A stretch of DNA of 64,000 nucleotides, taken from the NCBI GenBank assembly GCA_016191845.1, contig JACPVF010000015.1, forward strand, positions 343,258 to 407,257, written 5' to 3'. The position numbers and the translations under genes are program-made. The stretch's first letter is position 1. The number at the start of each line of letters is the position of its first letter. This document shows, one piece after another, positions 56,872 through 64,000 of the stretch. A model generated the notes under the pieces. The model was not told the origin of the DNA and made no database searches. It saw only the letters and a program-made list of their open reading frames with translations. This DNA is from Chloroflexota bacterium (GTDB lineage Bacteria > Chloroflexota > Anaerolineae > Anaerolineales > Villigracilaceae).

Positions 56872-58338
56872 TTACTTCTCCAACATCATGCTGGCTTCCG
56901 CGTTCAGCCAGCGGCGACCGTCGCGGGCCAGCAGGTCGTAGCCTTCGAGCGGACCCCAACTGCTGGGCTTGTAAATCCCCAGGGACGGGGTCTGGTGCTG
57001 CTCCCAGGTCTGCAGGATCGGGTCGATCAGCGACCAGGCCGTCTCCACCTCGTCGGCGCGGGTGAAGAGCGAGGCGTCCCCTTGCAGGGCGTCCAGCAGC
57101 AGACGTTCGTAGGCTTCGGGGATGGCGGTCTTGCCGAAAGCTTCGGCGTAATGGAACTCCATATCCACTGAGCGGGCCTCGGAGACGGTGTCGGGCGCCT
57201 TGGCCTCGAAGCGCAGATGCACGCCTTCGTCAGGCTGCAGGTAGAGCACCAACAGGTTCGGCTTCATCGTCTGCATCGGGAACATGCTCAAGGGCGGTTC
57301 CTTGAACTGGATAATGATCTGCGATTGCTTCTCGGCCAGGTGCTTGCCCGAACGCAGATAGAACGGCACGCCCTTCCAGCGCCAGTTGTTGATGAACAGC
57401 CGCAGGGCGGCATAGGTCGGCGTGGTGGAATTGGGCTTGACCTCGGGCTCCTCGCGGTAACCCTTGTATTGTGCGCGGACCGTGTTGACGGCCACCTCTT
57501 CGGGAGTCATCGGTTTGATGGCGCTCAGTACCTTGACCTTTTCGTTGCGCAGATGCGCTGCGCTGAACGAGGCGGGCGGTTCCATCGCCACCAACGTCAA
57601 CAATTGCATCAGGTGATTCTGGAACATGTCGCGCAACACGCCCACGCCGTCGTAGAAGCCTGCGCGGTGTTCGAGGCCGACCTTCTCGGCCACGGTGATC
57701 TGCACGTGGTCGATGTAATTACGGTTCCAGATCGGTTCGAAGATGGTGTTGGCGAAGCGCGTGAACAGGATGTTCTGAACGGTCTCCTTGCCGAGATAAT
57801 GGTCGATGCGGTAGATCTGATTCTCGTTCAGCGCCTTGTGGACCTGCTGGTTGAGCTTGACCGCCGAGGCCAGGTCGGTGCCGAAGGGCTTTTCGAGCAC
57901 CACCCGCCGCCAGCCGCCGTTTTCGTGGAGCTGGCCCGTGGCGTCGAGGTTGTCGATGATGACCGGAAAGAGCGAAGGCGGCAAGGCCATGTAATAAAGA
58001 CGGTTGGCGTCGCCAGCTTCGAGTCCCTTCAAATTTTCATTCAACCGCTGGAAGTCCGCCGCCTCGGCATACTTGCCCTGGACGTAATGCAGATTGGGCG
58101 CGAAGGCGGACCATTCCGCGTCGGTGAATTTGAACTCTGCGAATTCCTTCGCGCCGTTGAGCAGATGCGCGCGGAATTCGTCATCGCTGAAGGCCGTACC
58201 GCCGAAGCCGACGATGCTGAATTTTTTCGGCATGCGCCCTTTGATCGACAGGTTGAGCAGCGAGGGGATCAGCTTGCGCTGGGTCAGGTCCCCCGAGGCG
58301 CCAAAGATGATAATGGAAGTGGAAAGATCGTTGGTCAT
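56872..58338 (-). CDS. zwf: Glucose-6-phosphate 1-dehydrogenase
   Basis: It has IIIFGASGDLTQRKLIPSL, EKPFG and RIDHYLGKE. Confidence 0.95.
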   Translation of the reverse strand: MTNDLSTSIIIFGASGDLTQRKLIPSLLNLSIKGRMPKKFSIVGFGGTAFSDDEFRAHLLNGAKEFAEFKFTDAEWSAFAPNLHYVQGKYAEAADFQRLNENLKGLEAGDANRLYYMALPPSLFPVIIDNLDATGQLHENGGWRRVVLEKPFGTDLASAVKLNQQVHKALNENQIYRIDHYLGKETVQNILFTRFANTIFEPIWNRNYIDHVQITVAEKVGLEHRAGFYDGVGVLRDMFQNHLMQLLTLVAMEPPASFSAAHLRNEKVKVLSAIKPMTPEEVAVNTVRAQYKGYREEPEVKPNSTTPTYAALRLFINNWRWKGVPFYLRSGKHLAEKQSQIIIQFKEPPLSMFPMQTMKPNLLVLYLQPDEGVHLRFEAKAPDTVSEARSVDMEFHYAEAFGKTAIPEAYERLLLDALQGDASLFTRADEVETAWSLIDPILQTWEQHQTPSLGIYKPSSWGPLEGYDLLARDGRRWLNAEASMMLEK

Positions 58339-58365
58339 AGGTTTTATCCAGACCTCGGAGGTCTC

Positions 58366-59277
58366 TTATTCAGTCTTCTTCACCGCATGTCCGCCGAACT
58401 GATTGCGCAGCGCGGCCAGCATGCGGGCGGGGAAGTTCTCTTCGTCGCGGCTGGCGAAGCGCATTTGCAGCGCCAGCGTGATGATGGGAGCGGGCACATC
58501 CAGGTCAATGGATTCGAACACGGTCCAGCGGCCTTCGCCTGAATCCGCCACCCAGGGCTTGATCTCGGCCAGGGCCTGGTCTTCGTCGAGGGCATTCGCC
58601 GCCAGGTCGAGCAGCCACGAGCGGACGACGCTGCCGTGCTGCCAGATGTGCGAGACCTGCGCCAGGTCGAGGCCGAATTCTTCCTTTGCTTTGAGGATGC
58701 CGAAGCCTTCGGCATAGGCCTGCATCATGCCGTACTCGATGCCGTTGTGCACCATCTTGACGTAATGTCCCGCGCCGTGAGGACCGACTCGTCCCCAGCC
58801 TTTATCGGCCGCAGGAGCCAGCGTCTCGAAGATCGGGCGTAGCGACTCGACTACCTCCGTCTTGCCGCCGATCATCATGCTGTAGCCTTCAGCCAGACCC
58901 CAGATGCCGCCGCTGGTGCCGCAGTCCACGAACTCGATTCCTTTGGATTCGAGAAACTCCGCATGGCGGATAGTGTCCTTGTAATTCGAGTTGCCGCCGT
59001 CGATGATGATGTCGCCCTTGCTCAACAGGCTCGACAACTTCTCGATGGTCTCCGTGGTGGGCTTCCCCGCTGGGACCATGATCCAGAAGACGCGTGGCGT
59101 TTGCTTGAACTTGCCAACCGCTTCTTCGAGCGTGCGCGCACCATCCACGCCGTTCTGGATCGCGGCGTCCACGGCGGCCGCGCCCAGGTCAAAACCGATC
59201 ACATGATGCCCGCCGCGCGTCAGCCGCGTGGACATGTTCAGGCCCATCTTGCCTAATCCGATGAATGCAATTTCCAT
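58366..59277 (-). CDS. gnd: 6-phosphogluconate dehydrogenase, decarboxylating (short ~300-aa form)
   Basis: It has MEIAFIGLGKMGLNM (Rossmann fold), DGGNSNY and GAGHYVKMVHNGIEYG. The ATG at 59277 follows GGAGAAAC. Confidence 0.92.
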   Translation of the reverse strand: MEIAFIGLGKMGLNMSTRLTRGGHHVIGFDLGAAAVDAAIQNGVDGARTLEEAVGKFKQTPRVFWIMVPAGKPTTETIEKLSSLLSKGDIIIDGGNSNYKDTIRHAEFLESKGIEFVDCGTSGGIWGLAEGYSMMIGGKTEVVESLRPIFETLAPAADKGWGRVGPHGAGHYVKMVHNGIEYGMMQAYAEGFGILKAKEEFGLDLAQVSHIWQHGSVVRSWLLDLAANALDEDQALAEIKPWVADSGEGRWTVFESIDLDVPAPIITLALQMRFASRDEENFPARMLAALRNQFGGHAVKKTE

Positions 59278-59331
59278 GTTTCTCCACAAATTTCTCCCCT
59301 CTTCCTCAGGAAGAGGGGTTGGGGGTAAAGG

Positions 59332-60048
59332 TTATGAGTTTAGTTTGCTGCCTGCCGCGGCATCCACCAGCCAGGTCAGGATACCGTCACTGGGGCGGAT
59401 GCGCTGGGCGGGCAAAACGTCTGGATGATAGTCCCCGTTCAAGACGCTGGCAAGGGTTTCAGACTTACTTTGTCCACTTACCAGGAAGACCACCTGACGC
59501 GCGTCGTTGATCACGCGCGGCGTGAGACTCACGCGGTTGGCCGGGCGGTCCTGATAATGGGCCGTCACTGCGATGACAGGTTCGGCTTCGTCTACGGGCG
59601 AGCCAGGAAAGAGTGATGCGGTATGGCCGTCGTCGCCCATGCCGAGCAGGATCAGGTCGAAGCGCGGCCACGGGGAGCCGAATCCGCGCAGGGTGGCGGC
59701 GTAGGCTCGGGCAGCGGCAGCAGGTTCCAGCTCCGATTCGACGCGGTGGATGTTTTCCGCGGGAATGGGCACGTGTGCCAGCAGCACATCGCGCGCCTGA
59801 GCGTAACTGTTGCCAGGGTCGCTGACGGGTACGCAGCGTTCGTCGCCCCAGAAAACGTGAACGCGCAGCCAGTCGATGGGCGCATCCACCAGCAGACGAT
59901 AGGTGGCGGTCGGCGTGCCCCCGCCGCTCAACGCCACGAGGAATTGTCCGCGTTCGGCAAGGGCCTGATTCGCGCAATCGATAAACAGTTGTGATGCTGC
60001 CTGACTTAAGGCAGGCAGGTCTTTGAAGATTTGGATATCGGGGTTCAT
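59332..60048 (-). CDS. pgl: 6-phosphogluconolactonase
   Basis: It has ALSGGGTP, FWGDERCVP, LLGMGDDGHTASLFP. Confidence 0.92.
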   Translation of the reverse strand: MNPDIQIFKDLPALSQAASQLFIDCANQALAERGQFLVALSGGGTPTATYRLLVDAPIDWLRVHVFWGDERCVPVSDPGNSYAQARDVLLAHVPIPAENIHRVESELEPAAAARAYAATLRGFGSPWPRFDLILLGMGDDGHTASLFPGSPVDEAEPVIAVTAHYQDRPANRVSLTPRVINDARQVVFLVSGQSKSETLASVLNGDYHPDVLPAQRIRPSDGILTWLVDAAAGSKLNS

Positions 60049-60092
60049 GGGAAAAGTGTAGCATAAATTATTAAATGGACTAGAATCACTGC

Positions 60093-60950
60093 ATGCCCAC
60101 TTTGGATCTCAAACAACTCAAGACCCACCGCGCGCGGACCTTTGGCCTGCCTCTGTCAAAGCGGCTGGCCTCCGCCTCGAATGCGCTCCGTTTCGTGAAC
60201 GAACGCGGTTTCGTCTACTTCTGGCCGATCAAAGGCATCGACCTGCCTTCGCTGTGGGTTGCCGCCGCAGGCGACCGTCCCGTAGCTGACAAGCACGATG
60301 ACCCAGGCCACGTCACATGGGGCTGGAAGGACGGTGCGCTCGATCAAAAGATCTGGTACTACGGCAAGATCCTGCGCCGCAAGGGAACCATCATCTCGCT
60401 GGAGGTTGCGCCCTATTTTTATGCGCTCTCCGAAAACTATGGTTCGCCCGAGGAAGATTACCTGATTGCCTATCACGAGGGGCGTCTGTCACAGGCGGCC
60501 AAGCAGGTGTACGAGACTCTGCTTGATGACGGTGCGATGCACACGTTGGACCTGCGCAAGAAAGCCAAATTATCCAACGCGAAAGAGACCGAGTTCAACA
60601 AAGCGCTCGACCAATTGCAGGCTGATTTCAAGATTCTGCCTGTTGGTGTGGCTCAAGCGGGGGCGTGGAGATATGCCCACATCTATGAACTGACCTCGCG
60701 TCATTTCCCCGACCTGCCCGAACAGGCACGGACCATCGGTGAGGCCGAGGCACGTCAAAAGTTGACGGAACTTTACGTTCGCATGGTGGGCGCTGTCCAA
60801 ACGCGGGATGTGACCAGGCTCTTCGGCTGGTCGAACGAGATTGCAGGCCGCACGTTATCCAAACTGGTGACGGCTGGCACGCTGGTCAACTCTGTCACGC
60901 GCAAAGACCTGCCTGGCGAGTGGTTCGTACTGCCCGACCTGCTGACCTGA
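60093..60950 (+). CDS. Hypothetical protein, possibly a winged-helix (AlkZ/YcaQ-related) fold
   Basis: The 285-aa ORF has coding-like composition and no antisense competitor with motifs. The family assignment is only an impression. Confidence 0.55.
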   Translation: MPTLDLKQLKTHRARTFGLPLSKRLASASNALRFVNERGFVYFWPIKGIDLPSLWVAAAGDRPVADKHDDPGHVTWGWKDGALDQKIWYYGKILRRKGTIISLEVAPYFYALSENYGSPEEDYLIAYHEGRLSQAAKQVYETLLDDGAMHTLDLRKKAKLSNAKETEFNKALDQLQADFKILPVGVAQAGAWRYAHIYELTSRHFPDLPEQARTIGEAEARQKLTELYVRMVGAVQTRDVTRLFGWSNEIAGRTLSKLVTAGTLVNSVTRKDLPGEWFVLPDLLT

Positions 60951-61101
60951 TCTGACTTCAGAAAATCTGTTTCTGGAGGGCTTTCCCGCAACGGACCTGG
61001 CCACTTTGCGTATATCCTACTGGTCAAGTGGCCGTTGCAAATCATCCGCTTTCGGCTATCATGGAAGTACGAACTCATTGTCTTAAAAAGGAGAATGCAC
61101 T

Positions 61102-61641
61102 ATGACTCGACAAGGTCGCACCCAGCTGGTGCTGGGCATCCTGCTTGTCCTGGCAGGGATTTGGTTCTTCGCGGACCGCAGCCTGCCCGCCTTCCACGAT
61201 CTGGTGGCGCGTTATTCGGAATGGCCCTTCAACCTGGTGTTGATCGGTGCAGGGCTGCTCGTGCTGGGGTTGATCCTCGGTGCACCGGGCATGGCGGTTC
61301 CTGCCGCCATCGTGGCGGGCATCGGCGGACTCTTCTATTATTTCGAGAAGATCGGCAGTTACTCGGATTGGTTCATGTGGCTGCTGATCCCTGGCTTCGT
61401 GGGGGTGGGCTCCATCGTGGCGGGCTTGTTGGGCGAGAATACACGCCGCAACCTGCGCAGCGGACTCAACCTGATGGTGGTCAGTGTGGTGCTGGTGCTG
61501 GTCTTCTCGTCCCTGTTTGGCAAGTGGGCTTTGCTTGGCCAGTATGGTCCCGCCATCCTGTTGATCCTGCTCGGCCTGTGGGTGTTGGGCAATGGCCTGT
61601 TCCGCTCCATGCGACGCAACAATGGAGGCTTCAATGAATAG
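61102..61641 (+). CDS. Small polytopic membrane protein (LiaI/LiaF-TM-like)
   Basis: It has 5 hydrophobic helices (LVLGILLVLAGIWFF...). RBS AAAGGAGAA lies upstream. Confidence 0.7.
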   Translation: MTRQGRTQLVLGILLVLAGIWFFADRSLPAFHDLVARYSEWPFNLVLIGAGLLVLGLILGAPGMAVPAAIVAGIGGLFYYFEKIGSYSDWFMWLLIPGFVGVGSIVAGLLGENTRRNLRSGLNLMVVSVVLVLVFSSLFGKWALLGQYGPAILLILLGLWVLGNGLFRSMRRNNGGFNE

Positions 61642-62425
61642 GTCGGCGTTGGGCTGGGGAGTGGTGTTACTCCTGTTGGGTGGCCTGATGCTGGCGGGCG
61701 AGATGGGTGTGCGCATCAATGGCGTCTCCCCCATGTCGTTCTTCTGGCCGCTGGTGCTGGTTCTCTTCGGCGGTTGGTTGATCCTGAGCGTGTTCCTGCG
61801 TCCGCGCATGGAGAATCAGCAGGGTTCCGTCAGCCTGCAGGGCGCGAGCGAAGCGACGGTGCGTGTCAACCACGGCGCGGGCGAACTGCGTATCGGCGGC
61901 GGCGCGTTGGCGGGGGACTTGGCCGACGGTGTCTTCACGGGCGGTCTGGAGCAGAACTCCCGCTTAAACGGGAGCAGGCTCGAGGTCCGTATGAGCCCGC
62001 CGCAGGTGAGTTTCCCCTTTTTCTTCGGCAACTGGGATCGCTTCGATTGGGACATGCGCCTGAACACCGAAATCCCGATGGACCTGATCCTGCAGATGGG
62101 CGCGAACAAGACAGAAGCTGACCTGAAGGATCTGCGCCTGACCTCGCTCAAGGTGGAGACGGGCGCCAGTGATACGCGCGTCCGCCTGCCTGCCCAGGGC
62201 CGCCTGCGCGCGGACTTCAGCCTGGGCGCCGCTTCGTTGAAGTTGACCGTGCCCGAGGGCGTGGCCGCCCGCATCCGCGCATCGACGGGAGCCGCTTCTT
62301 TGAGCGTGGATACGTCCCGCTTCCCGCGCATGGGCGACGGGTATCAGTCGCCCGATTTCGAGACCGCTCCGAACGCGGTCGACATCAAGATCGAAGCGGG
62401 TGCGGCGGATATCAAGGTTTCATAA
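61634..62425 (+). CDS. LiaF-like protein: 2 TM plus a C-terminal toastrack (DUF2154/DUF4097-like) beta-domain
   Basis: MNRSALGWGVVLLLLGGLMLAG is followed by repetitive beta-strand motifs (GAGELRIGGG..., ETGASDTRVRLP, SLGAASLKLTVPEG, STGAASLSVD, EAGAADIKV). There is an 8-nt overlap with the upstream gene. Confidence 0.7.
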   Translation: MNRSALGWGVVLLLLGGLMLAGEMGVRINGVSPMSFFWPLVLVLFGGWLILSVFLRPRMENQQGSVSLQGASEATVRVNHGAGELRIGGGALAGDLADGVFTGGLEQNSRLNGSRLEVRMSPPQVSFPFFFGNWDRFDWDMRLNTEIPMDLILQMGANKTEADLKDLRLTSLKVETGASDTRVRLPAQGRLRADFSLGAASLKLTVPEGVAARIRASTGAASLSVDTSRFPRMGDGYQSPDFETAPNAVDIKIEAGAADIKVS

Positions 62426-62477
62426 TCAGGCGTAGTGCGGACTCGTGTCCGCACACGTGACTCGAAAGGATTTCGTC

Positions 62478-63089
62478 ATGATGAAACGGCTCGATCCTCG
62501 TGTTGTTTTGGGCGCCGTCCTGTTGTTGGGCGGCGGCCTGCTGCTGGCCCAAACCATGGGTTACCTCAAGAATGCCTCTGACGTGTTCTGGGGCTCGATC
62601 TTCCTGCTCGCAGGCGTGGCTTTTCTCTCGTTGCTCTTCGGCGGAAACTGGTGGGCGGTTTTTCCTGGTTTCACGCTGGTGGCGTTGGGTGTGATCATCC
62701 TCTTCAGCAGGCAACTGGGTGATTTCAGTGGGATGGTCATTTTGGGCGGCATCGCCCTTTCGTTCTGGGTGGTATACATTATGGACCGCTCGCGCTGGTG
62801 GGCGATCATCCCCGCGGGCGTGCTGAGCACGCTGGCCGTCATCACCATCGCGCCTGAGAGGTTCGGCGCTTTCGAGACGGGCGGACTGCTCTTCCTCGGT
62901 CTGGCGCTGACCTTCGTGTTGGTGGCGTTGCTGGCGGGCCATCGCTGGGCGTATTATCCCGCCGCGGTGTTGGGCGTGCTGGGTGTGCTGACCACGGCCT
63001 CGCTCATGAACTGGGTCAATTACATCTGGGCCGCCGCCCTGATCCTGGTTGGCGGATTCCTGGTGTTTAGGGCCGTGGCAAGAAAGTAA
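62478..63089 (+). CDS. Polytopic membrane protein of the same LiaI/LiaF-TM-like type
   Basis: MMKRLDPRVVLGAVLLLGGGLLLAQ with 6 predicted helices. The ORF-track start is 62445. Confidence 0.65.
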   Translation: MMKRLDPRVVLGAVLLLGGGLLLAQTMGYLKNASDVFWGSIFLLAGVAFLSLLFGGNWWAVFPGFTLVALGVIILFSRQLGDFSGMVILGGIALSFWVVYIMDRSRWWAIIPAGVLSTLAVITIAPERFGAFETGGLLFLGLALTFVLVALLAGHRWAYYPAAVLGVLGVLTTASLMNWVNYIWAAALILVGGFLVFRAVARK

Positions 63090-63133
63090 GCGCTTCGACT
63101 TCGCCGCTATCGCGACTCCGCTCAGCGTAAATC
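63090..63133. repeat. Dispersed intergenic repeat, copy E (single long-form arm)
   Basis: The reverse complement reads CGCTGAGCGGAG[TCGCGATAGCGGC]GAAGTCGAAGCGC. Confidence 0.75.
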
Positions 63134-63155
63134 ATTGAAAGACATGAACGAGACA

Positions 63156-63186
63156 AAACTCCCTGTCACCAGGGAGTTTTGTTTTT
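63156..63186. terminator. Bidirectional terminator between the membrane protein and nifU-like genes
   Basis: AAACTCCCTG-TCAC-CAGGGAGTTT followed by TGTTTTT. An A-run lies on the other side. Confidence 0.8.
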
Positions 63187-63427
63187 ATTTTGCTTCAATC
63201 ACTTCCACGTCAGGAAAGAACTGATGGACGGTGCCCGCCACCCATCCGTGCAGGGTGGTGGGGGAGAGCGGACATCCCAGGCAGGCGCCGCCTAATTTCA
63301 CGGACAAGGTTCTGCCATCCAAGGACACGAATTCCACCGAGCCGCCGTGGAATTGTTCCACGTAGGCGTCCAACTTCTCGATCAGGCCGCGCAATTGTAC
63401 TTCGAGATCTTGCGTGGGCGTCACCAT
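63185..63427 (-). CDS. NifU-like (Nfu C-terminal domain) Fe-S cluster carrier
   Basis: 80 aa with GGSVEFVSLDGRTLSVKLGGACLGCPLSPTTL (CxxC). Confidence 0.88.
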   Translation of the reverse strand: MVTPTQDLEVQLRGLIEKLDAYVEQFHGGSVEFVSLDGRTLSVKLGGACLGCPLSPTTLHGWVAGTVHQFFPDVEVIEAK

Positions 63428-63444
63428 GTCAACTCCTTTCGGGA

Positions 63445-63921
63445 TTACAGTCCAGAAACCTTATAGCTCCCAACCCCTTCGCGCAGCATGGACTTGACCT
63501 GCGCGCGGGCATTCTTCCAGCGGGAGGAGACCACCTGGGCCAGACGGTCGAGGATGACCGAGCCCGTGTTGGGATGCTCCCTGCATAGCCATTCCAGGTC
63601 GCGCCCGCGGATGCGGATGGCTTCCACAGCGGTGGTGCTGCGCGCCCCCGAGGTATAGGTGGGGCTGCCGATCACCGCCGACCAGCCGACCACGTCGCCT
63701 GCCTTGAGGCGGGTCAGCACGATGGGCGGACCGTCGTAGGGCTTGTAGCGGACTTCCACGGCGCCGTGCATGAGCAGGTAGAGATAATCGGCCCTGCTGC
63801 CCTGCTCGAAGAGCATCGTGTCTTCGGGGCAGGCGTACGACTGGAAGAGAGGCAGGAGCAGATCCATTTGCCGCTCGCTGAATCCCTGAAAGAGAGGAAT
63901 GTCCGTGAAAGTGTCCAACAT
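63445..63921 (-). CDS. Stand-alone cyclic-nucleotide-binding domain protein
   Basis: It has IPLFQGFSERQMDLLL, LFEQGSRADYLYLLMHGAVEV and GDVVGWSAV...ARSTTAVEA. The start is taken at MLDTF (63921). Confidence 0.8.
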   Translation of the reverse strand: MLDTFTDIPLFQGFSERQMDLLLPLFQSYACPEDTMLFEQGSRADYLYLLMHGAVEVRYKPYDGPPIVLTRLKAGDVVGWSAVIGSPTYTSGARSTTAVEAIRIRGRDLEWLCREHPNTGSVILDRLAQVVSSRWKNARAQVKSMLREGVGSYKVSGL

Positions 63922-64000
63922 TTTTTCCCATCTTATCCCCATATCAAAAATGCAAGTAGTATCAAAAATCATAAAAGTATAGACATTAATCCCGCCGTTT

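Noticed and set aside
60951-61101. Hairpin GGCCACTT...AAGTGGCC (about 60998-61035) as a terminator or riboswitch-like leader of the membrane-protein cluster.
   Set aside because: The loop is long and unstructured, there is no U-run, and I see no resemblance to a known riboswitch core.

Overview
GC-rich (about 60-62% by hand counts) bacterial chromosomal segment, densely coding, with about 50 supportable CDS and one tRNA-Pro(CGG). I found no rRNA, CRISPR array, transposase, integrase or recognisable defence system. The taxon cannot be fixed from this window; the gene content (DUF385 deazaflavin-type reductase, HXXEE protein, many GPH and ABC sugar genes) only loosely suggests Chloroflexota or Actinomycetota. 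Left to right: a partial GltD-like gene; MacAB-like efflux set 1 (625-3826); an M32 carboxypeptidase; a lipoprotein; tRNA-Pro; a Hanks-type Ser/Thr kinase with an N-terminal polytopic membrane module. Next comes a 22.8-kb run of 19 co-directional, mostly translationally coupled minus-strand genes (8890-31681). It starts with a LacI regulator and holds an ABC sugar importer, GH1, GH38 and GH4 hydrolases, sugar kinases, a YdjC deacetylase, two GPH symporters, two ceramidase-fold proteins, an AAC(6')-Ii-like GNAT, a ProX/YbaK-like domain protein, a Gfo/Idh/MocA oxidoreductase and a DegT aminotransferase. After it: a low-GC orphan gene, an aldo/keto reductase, rnc-smc, an NAD-type formate dehydrogenase module (NuoEF fusion plus a split alpha subunit), a surface-anchored lipase-like hydrolase, arcA and yigZ. 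Then two tandem SH3-like/papain-like cysteine peptidase paralogues, a TPR-like membrane protein, MacAB-like set 2 (its ATPase carries a C-terminal cNMP-binding domain), pgl-gnd-zwf, a LiaF/toastrack-like membrane trio, NifU and a stand-alone cNMP-binding protein. The signals I consider most unusual are: (1) a ten-unit, exactly 21-bp-phased array of A-tract plus CCATCC/GGATGG mini-palindromes at 44474-44683; (2) a dispersed palindromic intergenic repeat family (core GCTGAGCGG...AGTCGAAGCGC) in at least five transcribed gaps, which inflates several ORF-track N-termini; (3) the composite glycoside locus; (4) the cNMP-gated ABC ATPase; (5) the SH3/cysteine-peptidase pair. All functional calls rest on motifs I can read in the translations. 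No database search was run.
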